Below the pieces are notes generated by a model, which made no database searches, had not been told where the DNA came from, and saw only the letters and a list, made by a program, of their open reading frames with translations. A DNA stretch of 46,693 bases from Pseudomonadota bacterium. GTDB lineage: Bacteria; Desulfobacterota; Desulfobacteria; Desulfobacterales; JBDRRP01. Below, one piece after another: positions 1 through 8,855 of the stretch (positions are counted from its first letter, which is position 1; the number at the start of each line of letters is the position of its first letter). The stretch spans positions 62,001-108,693 of the forward strand of contig JBDRRP010000041.1 in assembly GCA_043825735.1 (NCBI GenBank), written 5' to 3'. The position numbers and the translations under genes are program-made.

Positions 1-769
1 GCCCCCGGGATCCCACACACTGGATCCAGGCGATTTTTTGCGGCGTGGCCCCATCGGACGGTCTCACCAGGCGTCCCTGGGTGGGCCCTGACGCCGACAG
101 GATCCGCTCGTACTCAAGACTGGTTAGAACGTCCGGCTCCCTGCCGTAGGCAAAGTAGTCCAGCCCTCCGGGATCGAATATCGATGCCCCCGGCGAGAGC
201 ACCACCGCGCCGAAACGCCGCTGCACCCGCCGCTCCCGGTCGTCGGGGACGATGGCCCCGGCCGGGCAGCAGGCCGCCAGGGCTTCCGGATCGCTGCAGG
301 CGCTCATGTCGATGGCATAGGCCTGCGGCGTGGCCTGAGGATAGCGCATACACGTTGGCGCCCGGTGGTCGAGACCCGGGTTGAAGGCGACGCACTGCGG
401 AAACTGTTTACGACACTCGCCGCAGGCCGTGCATCGGTCCATGTCGATGTAGCGCGGGCGCGTCACCAAGGTGGCCGTGAAGTCACCGGCATCGCCGCCC
501 AGCGTCTCGATGCGGGTCAAGGTCATGAGTTCGATATGACGGTTGCGACTGCCTTCCGATATATTGGGCGCGATGGTGCACAGGTCGCAGTTGTTGGTGG
601 GAAAGGTGCGGTCGAGCTGGGTCATGAGTCCGCCGATGGCGTTGGCCGTGTCGATGAGCACCACCTTCTTACCGGCGTCCGCCAGGTCCAGCGCGGTCCG
701 CATGCCGGCGATGCCGCCGCCGACGACCAGAACCTTATCGGGCGTTTGAAATCGTGCTGTGGGTTCCAT
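1..769 (-). CDS. hdrA: Heterodisulfide reductase subunit A-like FAD/Fe-S protein, 5' part only (runs off left edge; absent from ORF track)
   Basis: Manual translation from ATG at 769 (RBS AAAAGGA): MEPTARFQTPDKVLVVGGGIAGMRTALDLADAG...GGLMTQLDRTFPTNNCDLC...CTACGEC...LEYERILSASGPTQGRLVRPSDG...KIAWIQCVGSR; these are hallmark HdrA motifs. Confidence 0.9.
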   Translation of the reverse strand, partial: MEPTARFQTPDKVLVVGGGIAGMRTALDLADAGKKVVLIDTANAIGGLMTQLDRTFPTNNCDLCTIAPNISEGSRNRHIELMTLTRIETLGGDAGDFTATLVTRPRYIDMDRCTACGECRKQFPQCVAFNPGLDHRAPTCMRYPQATPQAYAIDMSACSDPEALAACCPAGAIVPDDRERRVQRRFGAVVLSPGASIFDPGGLDYFAYGREPDVLTSLEYERILSASGPTQGRLVRPSDGATPQKIAWIQCVGSRG

Positions 770-847
770 AATATCCTTTTTCCGTTGTCCGGGGCGAAAG
801 CCGATAGCGGGAGGCAAGCCGTCCGAATCAAAGCACCGACGCCTTGA

Positions 848-980
848 CAGGCTGTTGAAAAACGGCGCCTCGCACCCTGATCCTGCGTTCTCGTCTCGGG
901 TCAATCTTCGCCGTAGCGCCGCGCAACGCCTGCGGTTGCCCAATCGGCTGCGGCCACGATGCTTGTTTTTCAACAACCTG
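848..980. repeat. 133-bp REP/MITE-like element with 16-bp terminal inverted repeats
   Basis: CAGGCTGTTGAAAAAC (848-863) versus GTTTTTCAACAACCTG (965-980), 15/16 match; abuts the metF stop codon. Confidence 0.65.
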
Positions 981-1853
981 CTATAGACCGGCGATATCGA
1001 GAATGACCGGCAGGCGGTGTTCCCATCCCATGGTCTGGATCAATACACCCCGGGCCATCTCCCGCAGCCGCGCCACGATTTCTCCGGCGATCTTGACCCC
1101 CTCCATCTCCCGGTCGGCAGACTTGCGCATGCGCCGGATCATGTCCTCTGAAATGAGGCAGTCCGCCTCATGGGTGGCGATATACCGGGCCACAGCGACC
1201 GACTTGATGAGAAACACGCTTGGGATGATCGGTACGTCCAAAAAAGCGGCGGCCTCCAGAAACCGCGCGAACCGGTCCGTGTCGAATACCGGCGGGGTGA
1301 TGATAAAGCGCGCCCCGGCCGCCACCTTCTGCCCGGCCGCATCGAGCTCTTTTTCCACAGAGGCGCCGTCGGCCCAGGCGCCGATGCTGCAACCGACGGT
1401 GAATTCGGGGCTGCCGTCCAGGTCGAATCCGCCCAGGTCCTGCCCTTTTTGCAGGCTGTCGATGGCGCCGAGCAGTCCCATCTCGTCCAAGTCGTCCACC
1501 GGCTTGGCATCCGCATGATCGCTCTGGTCCATCTCTTCGCCCTGGACCACCACGATGTTCTGGATGCCAAGAACATGGGCGGCCAGCAGATCCCCTTGAA
1601 CCGCCATACGGTTGCGGTCCCTGCCGTAGCAGTGAATCATGGGCTCGAGCCCCTGCTGGAGCGCCAGCACGCCCCCGGCCAGGGCGCTCATTCGCATGAC
1701 GCCGTTGTCCATGTCCGGAATGACGACGGCGTCGACCCGCCCCTTGATGCGTCTCGCGTCGGTCACAAAGCGAGAAATGTCCACGCCCTTGGGGGTGTTC
1801 ATTTCAGCGATGACGAGAAATTCTCCAGATTGCAGTCGTTTGCGAAAACTCAT
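981..1853 (-). CDS. Methylenetetrahydrofolate reductase (MetF) family protein, divergent
   Basis: AE..TPKG, VMRMSAL, RDRNR..QGDLL, DH..AKPV.DLD and KVAAGARF motifs of MTHFR-family proteins. Confidence 0.85.
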   Translation of the reverse strand: MSFRKRLQSGEFLVIAEMNTPKGVDISRFVTDARRIKGRVDAVVIPDMDNGVMRMSALAGGVLALQQGLEPMIHCYGRDRNRMAVQGDLLAAHVLGIQNIVVVQGEEMDQSDHADAKPVDDLDEMGLLGAIDSLQKGQDLGGFDLDGSPEFTVGCSIGAWADGASVEKELDAAGQKVAAGARFIITPPVFDTDRFARFLEAAAFLDVPIIPSVFLIKSVAVARYIATHEADCLISEDMIRRMRKSADREMEGVKIAGEIVARLREMARGVLIQTMGWEHRLPVILDIAGL

Positions 1854-1877
1854 GGGCTTTCCTTCCCTTTCACCTGG

Positions 1878-2138
1878 CTAACGGTTTTCTGGTTCTTTTC
1901 TGAATCGGACCCGCGGCATCTCCGAGGTCCCACGCGGGGCGTCCGCCCGGATGCACTCACAGGAAGCCTTGGGCAGCAGCCGCAACAGATCCTGCTGCAT
2001 CTCTGCATCACAGCCGAGTATTTCCAGGGTTTCGAGCGGCTTCATCTGCTCGAAGACGAGCGAGACCTTCAACAGGGAAAACGGGGTGATGGCCCCTCTT
2101 ACATCCACCGTATAGTCAGAGCTGTTTTCCAAACGCAT
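1878..2138 (-). CDS. TusA/SirA-like sulfur-carrier-fold protein lacking the CPxP cysteine
   Basis: VDVRGAITPFSLLK...MKPLETLEIL..D pattern matches the TusA fold; ATG at 2138 with GAGGGG RBS. Confidence 0.7.
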   Translation of the reverse strand: MRLENSSDYTVDVRGAITPFSLLKVSLVFEQMKPLETLEILGCDAEMQQDLLRLLPKASCECIRADAPRGTSEMPRVRFRKEPENR

Positions 2139-2172
2139 GCCACCCCTCGTTCGTGTGAAGGGATGGCAAGAG

Positions 2173-2189
2173 AGCACGATACGGGCCAA
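2173..2189 (-). promoter_or_regulatory. Sigma-54 (-24/-12) promoter for the tusA-like/metF/hdrA operon
   Basis: Minus strand TTGGCCCGTATCGTGCT = GG-N10-GC, 35 nt upstream of the ATG; AT-rich tract at 2209-2232 and a divergent enhancer-binding protein gene nearby. Confidence 0.65.
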
Positions 2190-2319
2190 CGCGGCGCCGC
2201 AGCAGGTCGATTTTTAAAATAAAATGATAATCCGGGATGTTACCGCCGCTCGTGACGGTTTGGTGATATAACGCTTGCCATCGAAGTGTTAAACTGCTAA
2301 GCCCCAAACCTTTTTCAGG

Positions 2320-2334
2320 TGTAAAGCTTTAACA
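2320..2334. promoter_or_regulatory. Palindromic candidate upstream activator site
   Basis: TGTAAAGCTTTAACA near-palindrome ~130 bp upstream of the sigma-54 site; similar half site TGTTAAA at 2287. Confidence 0.35.
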
Positions 2335-2346
2335 GGGTGCCTTTAC

Positions 2347-3756
2347 ATGGTTGATCAGGAGCTGGATCTTTACTGGAAGACGGTAGTCAACACCATCCGC
2401 GACGGCATTATGATCGTCAATCCGCAGGGCGCCATCGTCTCGGTCAACCGGGCGCTGGAGACCATGACCGGTTACCGCCGCGAGGATCTCATCGGCCGCA
2501 CCTGCGATTTGCTCGACTGCGAGGCCTGTCATCGGCACAAACACGCCGATGCCCCCTACTGGTGCGACCTGTTCCGGGACGGGCAACTGAACACCCGCCG
2601 CTGCCAGGTCCGGAAAAAAGACGGCAACTACCTTCACGCCATCCGGAACGCATCGCTGCTCAAAAACAGCACCGGCAGCATTATCGGCGCCGTCGGCACA
2701 CTCACCGACATTTCCGAAATCATCCAAAAAGACATCCAGCTGGAAGCCTATCAGCGCGAACTGCGCAGCCAGGACGGTTTTCACGGCATCATCGGCAACG
2801 CCGCCCCCATGCAGCAGGTGTACGACCTCATCGAGAACGCGGCCCGCTCCGATGCACCGGTGATCGTCTACGGTGAAAGCGGCACCGGCAAGGAGCTGGT
2901 GGGCAGCGCCATCCACGACATCAGCGAGCGAAAGCGCGGCCCTTATGTCAAGGTGAACTGCGCCGGGCTTTCCGATTCCCTCCTGGAAAGCGAGCTGTTC
3001 GGACACGTCCGTGGTGCTTACACCGGCGCCATCCGCGATCGGGAGGGGCGGTTTGAAAAGGCATCGGGCGGCAACATTTTCCTCGACGAAATCGGCGACA
3101 TGCCGATGTCCACTCAGGTAAAAATGCTGCGCGTCCTTGAGGAAAAAGTGATCGAACGGGTCGGCGCCAGCACCCCCATCAGCGTGGATGTGCGCATCAT
3201 CTCAGCGACAAACCGGGATCTTCAGCGAATGGTGGAAGAAGGAAAATTCAGAAACGACCTGTTCTTTCGCGTGAACGTCATCCCCATCCACCTGCCGCCG
3301 CTGCGTGAGCGCATCGAAGATATTCCCCTGTTGGCAGCGGCCTTTTTCAGAAAAATCCGCCTGAAAAGCGACAAGGATCTCAAGGGAATCAGCAACGAGG
3401 CCATGGCGTCCTTTATGAATTACCAGTGGCCGGGCAATGTCCGAGAGCTCAAAAGTGCGCTCGAATACGCCTTTGTGACCTGCCACAATGCATTGATTCA
3501 GCCCCACCATCTGCCCCAGAATATCTACCGGGGCCGGCGGCCGCTGACGGGAACAAAGCGGCGCGCCCTCGATCTCAAGGCCATCGAAAAACAGGAATTG
3601 ATCGAGATGCTGGAAAAGACAGGGGGCAACCAGTCGCAGGCGGCGCAACTGCTGGGCGTCTCACGGGTGACCATCTACAACCGGATGAAACGCCATGGGA
3701 TCACCGCGAAAATGAAAGTCGTAGTCGAAGAAAAGCGAACGTTGAACATCGAATGA
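2347..3756 (+). CDS. PAS-domain sigma-54-dependent transcriptional activator (Fis-type HTH)
   Basis: N-terminal PAS; GESGTGKE Walker A, ESELFGH, GAYTGA (GAFTGA), FLDEIG, WPGNVREL, C-terminal HTH. Confidence 0.95.
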   Translation: MVDQELDLYWKTVVNTIRDGIMIVNPQGAIVSVNRALETMTGYRREDLIGRTCDLLDCEACHRHKHADAPYWCDLFRDGQLNTRRCQVRKKDGNYLHAIRNASLLKNSTGSIIGAVGTLTDISEIIQKDIQLEAYQRELRSQDGFHGIIGNAAPMQQVYDLIENAARSDAPVIVYGESGTGKELVGSAIHDISERKRGPYVKVNCAGLSDSLLESELFGHVRGAYTGAIRDREGRFEKASGGNIFLDEIGDMPMSTQVKMLRVLEEKVIERVGASTPISVDVRIISATNRDLQRMVEEGKFRNDLFFRVNVIPIHLPPLRERIEDIPLLAAAFFRKIRLKSDKDLKGISNEAMASFMNYQWPGNVRELKSALEYAFVTCHNALIQPHHLPQNIYRGRRPLTGTKRRALDLKAIEKQELIEMLEKTGGNQSQAAQLLGVSRVTIYNRMKRHGITAKMKVVVEEKRTLNIE

Positions 3757-3783
3757 TGATGGCCCTGTAAGGAGTCGGGATCT

Positions 3784-3863
3784 CTCGCAAAGCCGCAAAG
3801 ATCGCAAAGCTAAGACATTGATGTTAATAATGTTTTTCTTGGCCTACTTGGCGCCTCAGCGAG
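3784..3863. repeat. Intergenic palindromic repeat with tandem CGCAAAG units
   Basis: CTCGCAAAGCCGCAAAGATCGCAAAG, AT-rich spacer, then degenerate arm CTTGGCCTACTTGGCGCCTCAGCGAG; lies between convergent genes. Confidence 0.5.
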
Positions 3864-3885
3864 GGTACGGGTTTTCATTCGCTGT

Positions 3886-4521
3886 TCAGCGTTCGAGGTC
3901 GAGACCACGGTAGAGGATCTCGAAGGCGGTTTCGAGGGATTCGCGCAGGGTGTAGCGCTCGGGGTTGATCATCTTCTTGGTTTCTTCCCAAAGCACCGCG
4001 CCGGTGAACATGGACCAGAAGATATCTGCCACGGCGGTGGGGTGGTAGCGGTGGATGACCCCTTCTTCCATTCCGGTGGAAAATACGCCGGTGATCATCC
4101 GCAGGGCCTTGCGCGACAGGGCATTGATTTCGTCCAGAATATCGTCGCCGAGTTCTTTGAGGGTCTCACTGCTCTGGAGGTGAAACATGTTGTTGAGGAT
4201 GACGGCATCGAACTCGTAAATGTCGAACATGGCCTCCAGCAGCTCTCTTTTGCGATCTGCATATGACTTGGAGCCGTCCTCCATGGCGTGCTCCAGACGA
4301 ACGGTCATATACTGCAAAACCCGCAGGGTCAGGGAAGCGTAAAGGGCGTCCTTGTTCTTGAAGTAAAGATAGAGCGTGCCGGGGCTGAGTTCCGCCTCTT
4401 TGGCGATGTCCTCCATGGTGCTGCGCTCGTAGCCCTTGGCTGAAAACACCCGCTTGGCCGCCATCATGATGGCCTGCCGCCGGCGCTCCCGCTCACGTTC
4501 TTTTCTTTCCTGTATCCCCAT
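3886..4521 (-). CDS. TetR/AcrR family transcriptional regulator
   Basis: AAKRVFSAKGYERSTMEDIAKEAELSPGTLYLYFKNKDAL TetR HTH. Confidence 0.95.
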   Translation of the reverse strand: MGIQERKERERERRRQAIMMAAKRVFSAKGYERSTMEDIAKEAELSPGTLYLYFKNKDALYASLTLRVLQYMTVRLEHAMEDGSKSYADRKRELLEAMFDIYEFDAVILNNMFHLQSSETLKELGDDILDEINALSRKALRMITGVFSTGMEEGVIHRYHPTAVADIFWSMFTGAVLWEETKKMINPERYTLRESLETAFEILYRGLDLER

Positions 4522-4623
4522 CGATAAATTCCTTCGGAAAAAGCGCTCAATTCAAGCGTTTAAGTACCTCTGCCGCCCCCCCGCTGTCAAGCCAACAAAA
4601 GACCCTGGCGCGGCGCGCCTTCC

Positions 4624-5130
4624 TTACGGGTCGCCCGTGAACGCCGCGCTCATGGCGTCGTTCACGGCGTCGGCGGAAAAACCCCGGGAGTAGAGATACC
4701 GGTATGTCTTTTCCCGAAGCGCCCGGTCGGCCTTCTTTCCCGAAAGGCTTTTTCGTTTCTTGAGCGCCATGCGAAGGGCCGCGTCAGTCTCTTCGGCCGG
4801 CGGGTAGCGCCGGGTAATGCCATCGTCGATAAGCGCCTCGTCGAATCCTTTTTTCTGCATGGCGAAGCGGATGTGCCGGCGGCCATACCCCTTGGCCTTG
4901 AGCTCGTCGATGTAAAACAGCGCGGTCTCGGCGTCGTCCACGTAACCGAGTCGCTCACAGGTGGCGATCACCGCGGCGGCGGTGTCTTCGCCAACACCAC
5001 GGCCCGCCAGTTTGCGCGCGAGTTCCCATCGGGTGTGCCGCCGGTTGGTGAGCAGACGCACCGCCGTGTCCATGGCCGTGCGGTACCGGATTTCCTCTTG
5101 TGGCACGCGGGTATCGTCATTCGGATTCAT
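4624..5130 (-). CDS. recX: Regulatory protein RecX
   Basis: AVRLLTNRRHTRWELARKL...GYVDD...GYGRRHIRFAMQKKG...YLYSRGFS; start at ATG 5130 is inferred. Confidence 0.85.
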   Translation of the reverse strand: MNPNDDTRVPQEEIRYRTAMDTAVRLLTNRRHTRWELARKLAGRGVGEDTAAAVIATCERLGYVDDAETALFYIDELKAKGYGRRHIRFAMQKKGFDEALIDDGITRRYPPAEETDAALRMALKKRKSLSGKKADRALREKTYRYLYSRGFSADAVNDAMSAAFTGDP

Positions 5131-5271
5131 GGTCACCTTAAGCGTACGTGTTGTGCAGATCCCTGATAGCACAATTCATTGCAGTTAAGAAACCGAATGG
5201 CGGCCTATTTCCAAGCCGGCCGATTGGTGGTAAGCACCCTCACCATCAAACCGTACCCGAAGGAGTTGGCC

Positions 5272-6183
5272 GTGTCCCCCCGTGTCCATGGATGGCTGCC
5301 ATTCATCAGTCTATTCGTTGCGAGCCTGCTGTGGGCCAGCAGCTTCATCGCGCTGAAACTGGCGTTTGCCGCCTACGACCCTATGGTCGTCATTTTTGCA
5401 CGCATGGCCCTGGCCAGCCTGTGCTTCATTTTCTTTCTGGGTCGCTTCGCCCCGGTGGATTACCGCCCCGGCGACCTCAAATACCTTGCCTTCATGGCCT
5501 TCTGTGAGCCCTGTCTGTACTTCGTGTTCGAAGCCAAGGCCCTGGAACTCACCACGGCCTCACAGGCCGGCATGATTACGGCCATGCTGCCGCTTATGGT
5601 GGCCGTCACCGCGCGGTTTTTTCTTCGCGAACGGATCTCCCGGCGCACCGCCACCGGTTTTGTCCTGGCCATTGCCGGCACCTGCTGGCTGAGCCTGGCA
5701 GGGGCGCCGGCGCCGGGAGCGCCCAACCCGATCCTCGGTAATTTCCTCGAGTTTCTGGCCATGGTCTGCGCCGCCGGCTACATCATCACGCTCAAGCACC
5801 TTACCCGCCGGTATTCGCCGGTTTTCCTCACGGCGGTGCAGGCCTTCGTCGGCAGCCTGTTTTTTTTCCCCATCCTGTTTTTGCCGCAGGTCACCCTGCC
5901 GCAGAGCCTATCCCCCCTGGCTGCCGGGGCCGTGATCTATCTGGGGACTGTCATCACGCTGGGTGCCTACGGCCTATATAACTTCGGCGTCAGCCGGATA
6001 CCGGCCAGCCAGGCCTCGGCATTCATCAATCTCATCCCGGTATTCACGGTGATCATGGGCTGGTCGATCCTTGGTGAGACGTTCACCCCCCCCCAGTATG
6101 CCGCTGCGGCCCTCGTACTGTTCGGGGTCTTTTACAGTCAGGACCGTCAGAAACGACGGCCGGCGCCGGTGCCGTGCCCCTGA
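5272..6183 (+). CDS. DMT/EamA family transporter
   Basis: LLWASSFIALK, two EamA repeats, ~10 TM segments; GTG start after AAGGAG. Confidence 0.9.
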   Translation: MSPRVHGWLPFISLFVASLLWASSFIALKLAFAAYDPMVVIFARMALASLCFIFFLGRFAPVDYRPGDLKYLAFMAFCEPCLYFVFEAKALELTTASQAGMITAMLPLMVAVTARFFLRERISRRTATGFVLAIAGTCWLSLAGAPAPGAPNPILGNFLEFLAMVCAAGYIITLKHLTRRYSPVFLTAVQAFVGSLFFFPILFLPQVTLPQSLSPLAAGAVIYLGTVITLGAYGLYNFGVSRIPASQASAFINLIPVFTVIMGWSILGETFTPPQYAAAALVLFGVFYSQDRQKRRPAPVPCP

Positions 6184-6375
6184 TACGCAGCCCGGGAGGT
6201 CATTGTAAGGCGTTGCGACAACCCAAAAACCGGTCCTCGCGCAGAGGCGCACGCCAGAGACGCCAAAAATTGCGGAAAAAAATATAGGTTCCATTGTCCA
6301 TCCGTTCGACTGGCCGCCGGGGGCCGATTGTGGTAATCTGCCGGCGTCATCACCACCCAAAAAGCGGAGGAAGAT

Positions 6376-6582
6376 ATGACCCACTGCCTGACCGAAGCGA
6401 ACCTGAGGCGTTGCAACTGCACCTACGAACCCTGCCCGAGAAAAGGCAACTGCTGCCAATGCCTGGAATACCACCTGGGCAGCCGGGAGCTGCCGGCCTG
6501 CGCGTTTCCCGCCGAGGCCGAGCGCACCTTTGACCGCAGTTTCGCACACTTCGCCCGTTTGGTCCAAAGCGGCCAGGTGTAA
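6376..6582 (+). CDS. Small Cys-rich protein (DUF6485-like)
   Basis: GGAGG RBS; CNCTYEPCPRKGNCCQCLEYH...ELPAC. Confidence 0.75.
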   Translation: MTHCLTEANLRRCNCTYEPCPRKGNCCQCLEYHLGSRELPACAFPAEAERTFDRSFAHFARLVQSGQV

Positions 6583-6583
6583 G

Positions 6584-7111
6584 ATGACGGCAAGCGATAC
6601 CATGATCCCCGACGCGCATTCTATTAAGGAAGTTTTCAATTTCGACGTGTCCAGAGATTGCTTCGGCTGCGGGCCGGACAACCCGATCGGGCTCCACATG
6701 CGGTTTTTCACCGACGGTGAAAAGCTCGTGTCTTTTCTGCAGGTGCCCCGGCACCACTGCGGATGGTCCAGTATCGTGCACGGCGGCATCGTCACCACCA
6801 TCCTCGATGAGACCATGAGCTGGACCGCACACCACCTCATCAAAAAGCTCATTCTCACCAAGTCGATTCACATCGATTTCCACCGGCCCGTTCACGTAGC
6901 GCGGGACATCCGGTGCGAAGGCCGCATCAAGGCCGTCAACAGTCCGCGGGAAGCCGTCATGGACGCGGTGATCTATGACGATTCCGGGAATAAATGCGCC
7001 ACCGGTCAGGGCACCTTCGCGCTGCTCACCCCGGCCGTGGCCCGCCGGCTGGGCGTCATCGAAGAGCGGGTCGTGAAAAACTTCGAGAACTTTATCTTAA
7101 AAAACAGTTGA
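6584..7111 (+). CDS. PaaI/hotdog-fold thioesterase
   Basis: CFGCGPDNPIGL, HGGIVTTILDETM. Confidence 0.9.
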   Translation: MTASDTMIPDAHSIKEVFNFDVSRDCFGCGPDNPIGLHMRFFTDGEKLVSFLQVPRHHCGWSSIVHGGIVTTILDETMSWTAHHLIKKLILTKSIHIDFHRPVHVARDIRCEGRIKAVNSPREAVMDAVIYDDSGNKCATGQGTFALLTPAVARRLGVIEERVVKNFENFILKNS

Positions 7112-7174
7112 TCCCGGTCGCTACCCCGCCGGGACACCGTGATGGATGATCCGATCTCTGAGAGGAGGGTTGCC

Positions 7175-7720
7175 ATGTCGACAGCGCTATTGCTCGTAGA
7201 CATTCAAAACGATTATTTCCCAGGAGGGCGCATGACGCTCGTGGGAATGGATGCGGCGACAGCGGCCGCGGCAGTGCTGCTGGACCGGTTTCGAAATAGC
7301 GGACTGCCGGTGATCCACGTCCGGCACGAATCCCTCCAGCCGGGGGCGACGTTTTTCCTGCCGGAAACCGCCGGGGCCGCGATCAGCGACAAGGTGCTGC
7401 CCATTTCAGGCGAACCGGTCATCACCAAACACTTTCCCAACAGTTTTCGGGATACCGACCTGCTGGCTCGCCTCCGGGCGGCGGCAGTGTCCCGGGTGGT
7501 GATCTGCGGGGCCATGAGCCACATGTGCATCGACGCCACCGCCCGGGCCGCGGCCGATCACGGATTCTCCTGCACGGTGGCATCGGATGCCTGTGCCACC
7601 CGGGACCTTCAATTCGAAAAACTGACGGTACCTGCCGCCCAGGTGCATGCCGCGTTCATGGCGGCACTGGCGGCCGCCTATGGCCGCGCGGTACCCGCCG
7701 GCAAGATATCCGTCGGCTGA
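7175..7720 (+). CDS. Isochorismatase-family cysteine hydrolase
   Basis: LLLVDIQNDYF, ITKHFPNSF, GAMSHMCID (D-K-C triad); GGAGG RBS. Confidence 0.92.
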   Translation: MSTALLLVDIQNDYFPGGRMTLVGMDAATAAAAVLLDRFRNSGLPVIHVRHESLQPGATFFLPETAGAAISDKVLPISGEPVITKHFPNSFRDTDLLARLRAAAVSRVVICGAMSHMCIDATARAAADHGFSCTVASDACATRDLQFEKLTVPAAQVHAAFMAALAAAYGRAVPAGKISVG

Positions 7721-7857
7721 TGTCGGCGGCGCACTGACAGTCCCTATACCCTGACTTGAATTTCCGCCGAATCTCCACTAAAAAGAGTGATGCCGCTTCA
7801 AACCATTCGGCGGCATTCCCCCGCACCCAGCCCTTTTCACAAAAAGGAGGACATCTC

Positions 7858-8076
7858 ATGAGCGCGTTCGGAGAACGGATCAAGACCTTGAGAACGGAAA
7901 GACACCTGTCCCGGACCGCCGTCGCCGAACAGACCGGCATTCCGATTTCCCGGTTAAGCGAGCTGGAGCGCGGCGTTCGCATCCCCGTCGACAGCCAGAC
8001 GGCAAGAATCGAAGCTTTTTACGAGCTTGGCACCGGTGAGTTAGCAGCGCTGGTGCGCCAACGGCCATCGGCTTAA
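7858..8076 (+). CDS. XRE-family HTH protein
   Basis: FGERIKTLRTERHLS...LSELERG; AGGAGG RBS. Confidence 0.85.
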   Translation: MSAFGERIKTLRTERHLSRTAVAEQTGIPISRLSELERGVRIPVDSQTARIEAFYELGTGELAALVRQRPSA

Positions 8077-8137
8077 TCCATCGATTCGTAAATTCAAGAA
8101 CGAATTGATTGCACAAGATTCGCAATTAATGAAGGGT

Positions 8138-8217
8138 TCACCACGAAGGTCACGAAGAAAAACGCTTAACAACAGTGGGTTATAAATACTTCGTGTGCTT
8201 CGTGAACTTCGTGGTGA
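8138..8217. repeat. Palindromic repeat with 9-nt-period CACGAAG/CTTCGTG units
   Basis: TCACCACGAAGGTCACGAAG ... CTTCGTGTGCTTCGTGAACTTCGTGGTGA; a solo arm recurs at 10042-10068. Confidence 0.7.
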
Positions 8218-8268
8218 TCACAGCGCGGCAAAAGGAATTGACCGTTGAGACGACACGGGAGCGCCATC

Positions 8269-8631
8269 ATGATCACACACGTCACCACCCCGACACGCAT
8301 CGCCGCCGCAGGGAACAAGCCCAAGGTGATCGAAGAATTCATCGGCCGGGTGAACACCGGCACCGATGGCATCAGCCTCGCCCGGATGACCAGCCCGCAA
8401 GGGTGGGTCGAACCGGGCCAGGCGCCCGAGTTCGATGAGTATACCCTCGTTCTCGAGGGCTGCCTTCAGGTCACCACCCGTGAAACCACGGTCCTGGTGA
8501 GGGCCGGCGAGGCGGTGATCACCCCTGCCGGTGAGTGGGTCCAGTACAGCACACCGGAGCCCGGCGGCGCACGGTATATCGCCGTCTGCCGGCCCGCCTT
8601 TTCACCTGACATCGTCCACCGCGACGAGTAA
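8269..8631 (+). CDS. Cupin domain protein
   Basis: PGQAPEFDEYTLVLEG...AGEAVITPAGEWVQYSTP. Confidence 0.85.
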   Translation: MITHVTTPTRIAAAGNKPKVIEEFIGRVNTGTDGISLARMTSPQGWVEPGQAPEFDEYTLVLEGCLQVTTRETTVLVRAGEAVITPAGEWVQYSTPEPGGARYIAVCRPAFSPDIVHRDE

Positions 8632-8698
8632 GGCGGTATCCGGCCTTCATCGTCAGCGACGGCGGCCTTCGGGCGCAATAACAACTGCAAAAATATTT

Positions 8699-8724
8699 GA
8701 CAGGATTTACAGGATAAACAGGAT
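8699..8724. repeat. Tandem 9-nt ACAGGAT repeat
   Basis: GACAGGATTTACAGGATAAACAGGAT. Confidence 0.5.
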
Positions 8725-8855
8725 ATTGGAGTCCTCGCGGTTCAATGTTTTTTTGCTTTTTTCTTTCGGGCAACCAAAGGAAAGAACGTTCTTTCGTGGT
8801 ATTGGTAAGACATGCGCTATAAGGCGCTCTGCAATTACGTGAAAAGGAATTTAGC

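Noticed and set aside
1..769. Possible selenocysteine (TGA) in HdrA
   Set aside because: The N-terminal motif reads NNCDLC with ordinary Cys codons; no in-frame TGA in the visible part
1170..2222. 350-aa plus-strand ORF (and similar long antisense ORFs at 8886-9773, 9966-10991, 11951-12880, 36895-37911)
   Set aside because: Shadow frames opposite well-supported genes in high-GC DNA; no recognisable motifs
8138..8217. Short repeats as a possible CRISPR array
   Set aside because: Units are 6-9 nt without unique spacers; no cas genes in the window
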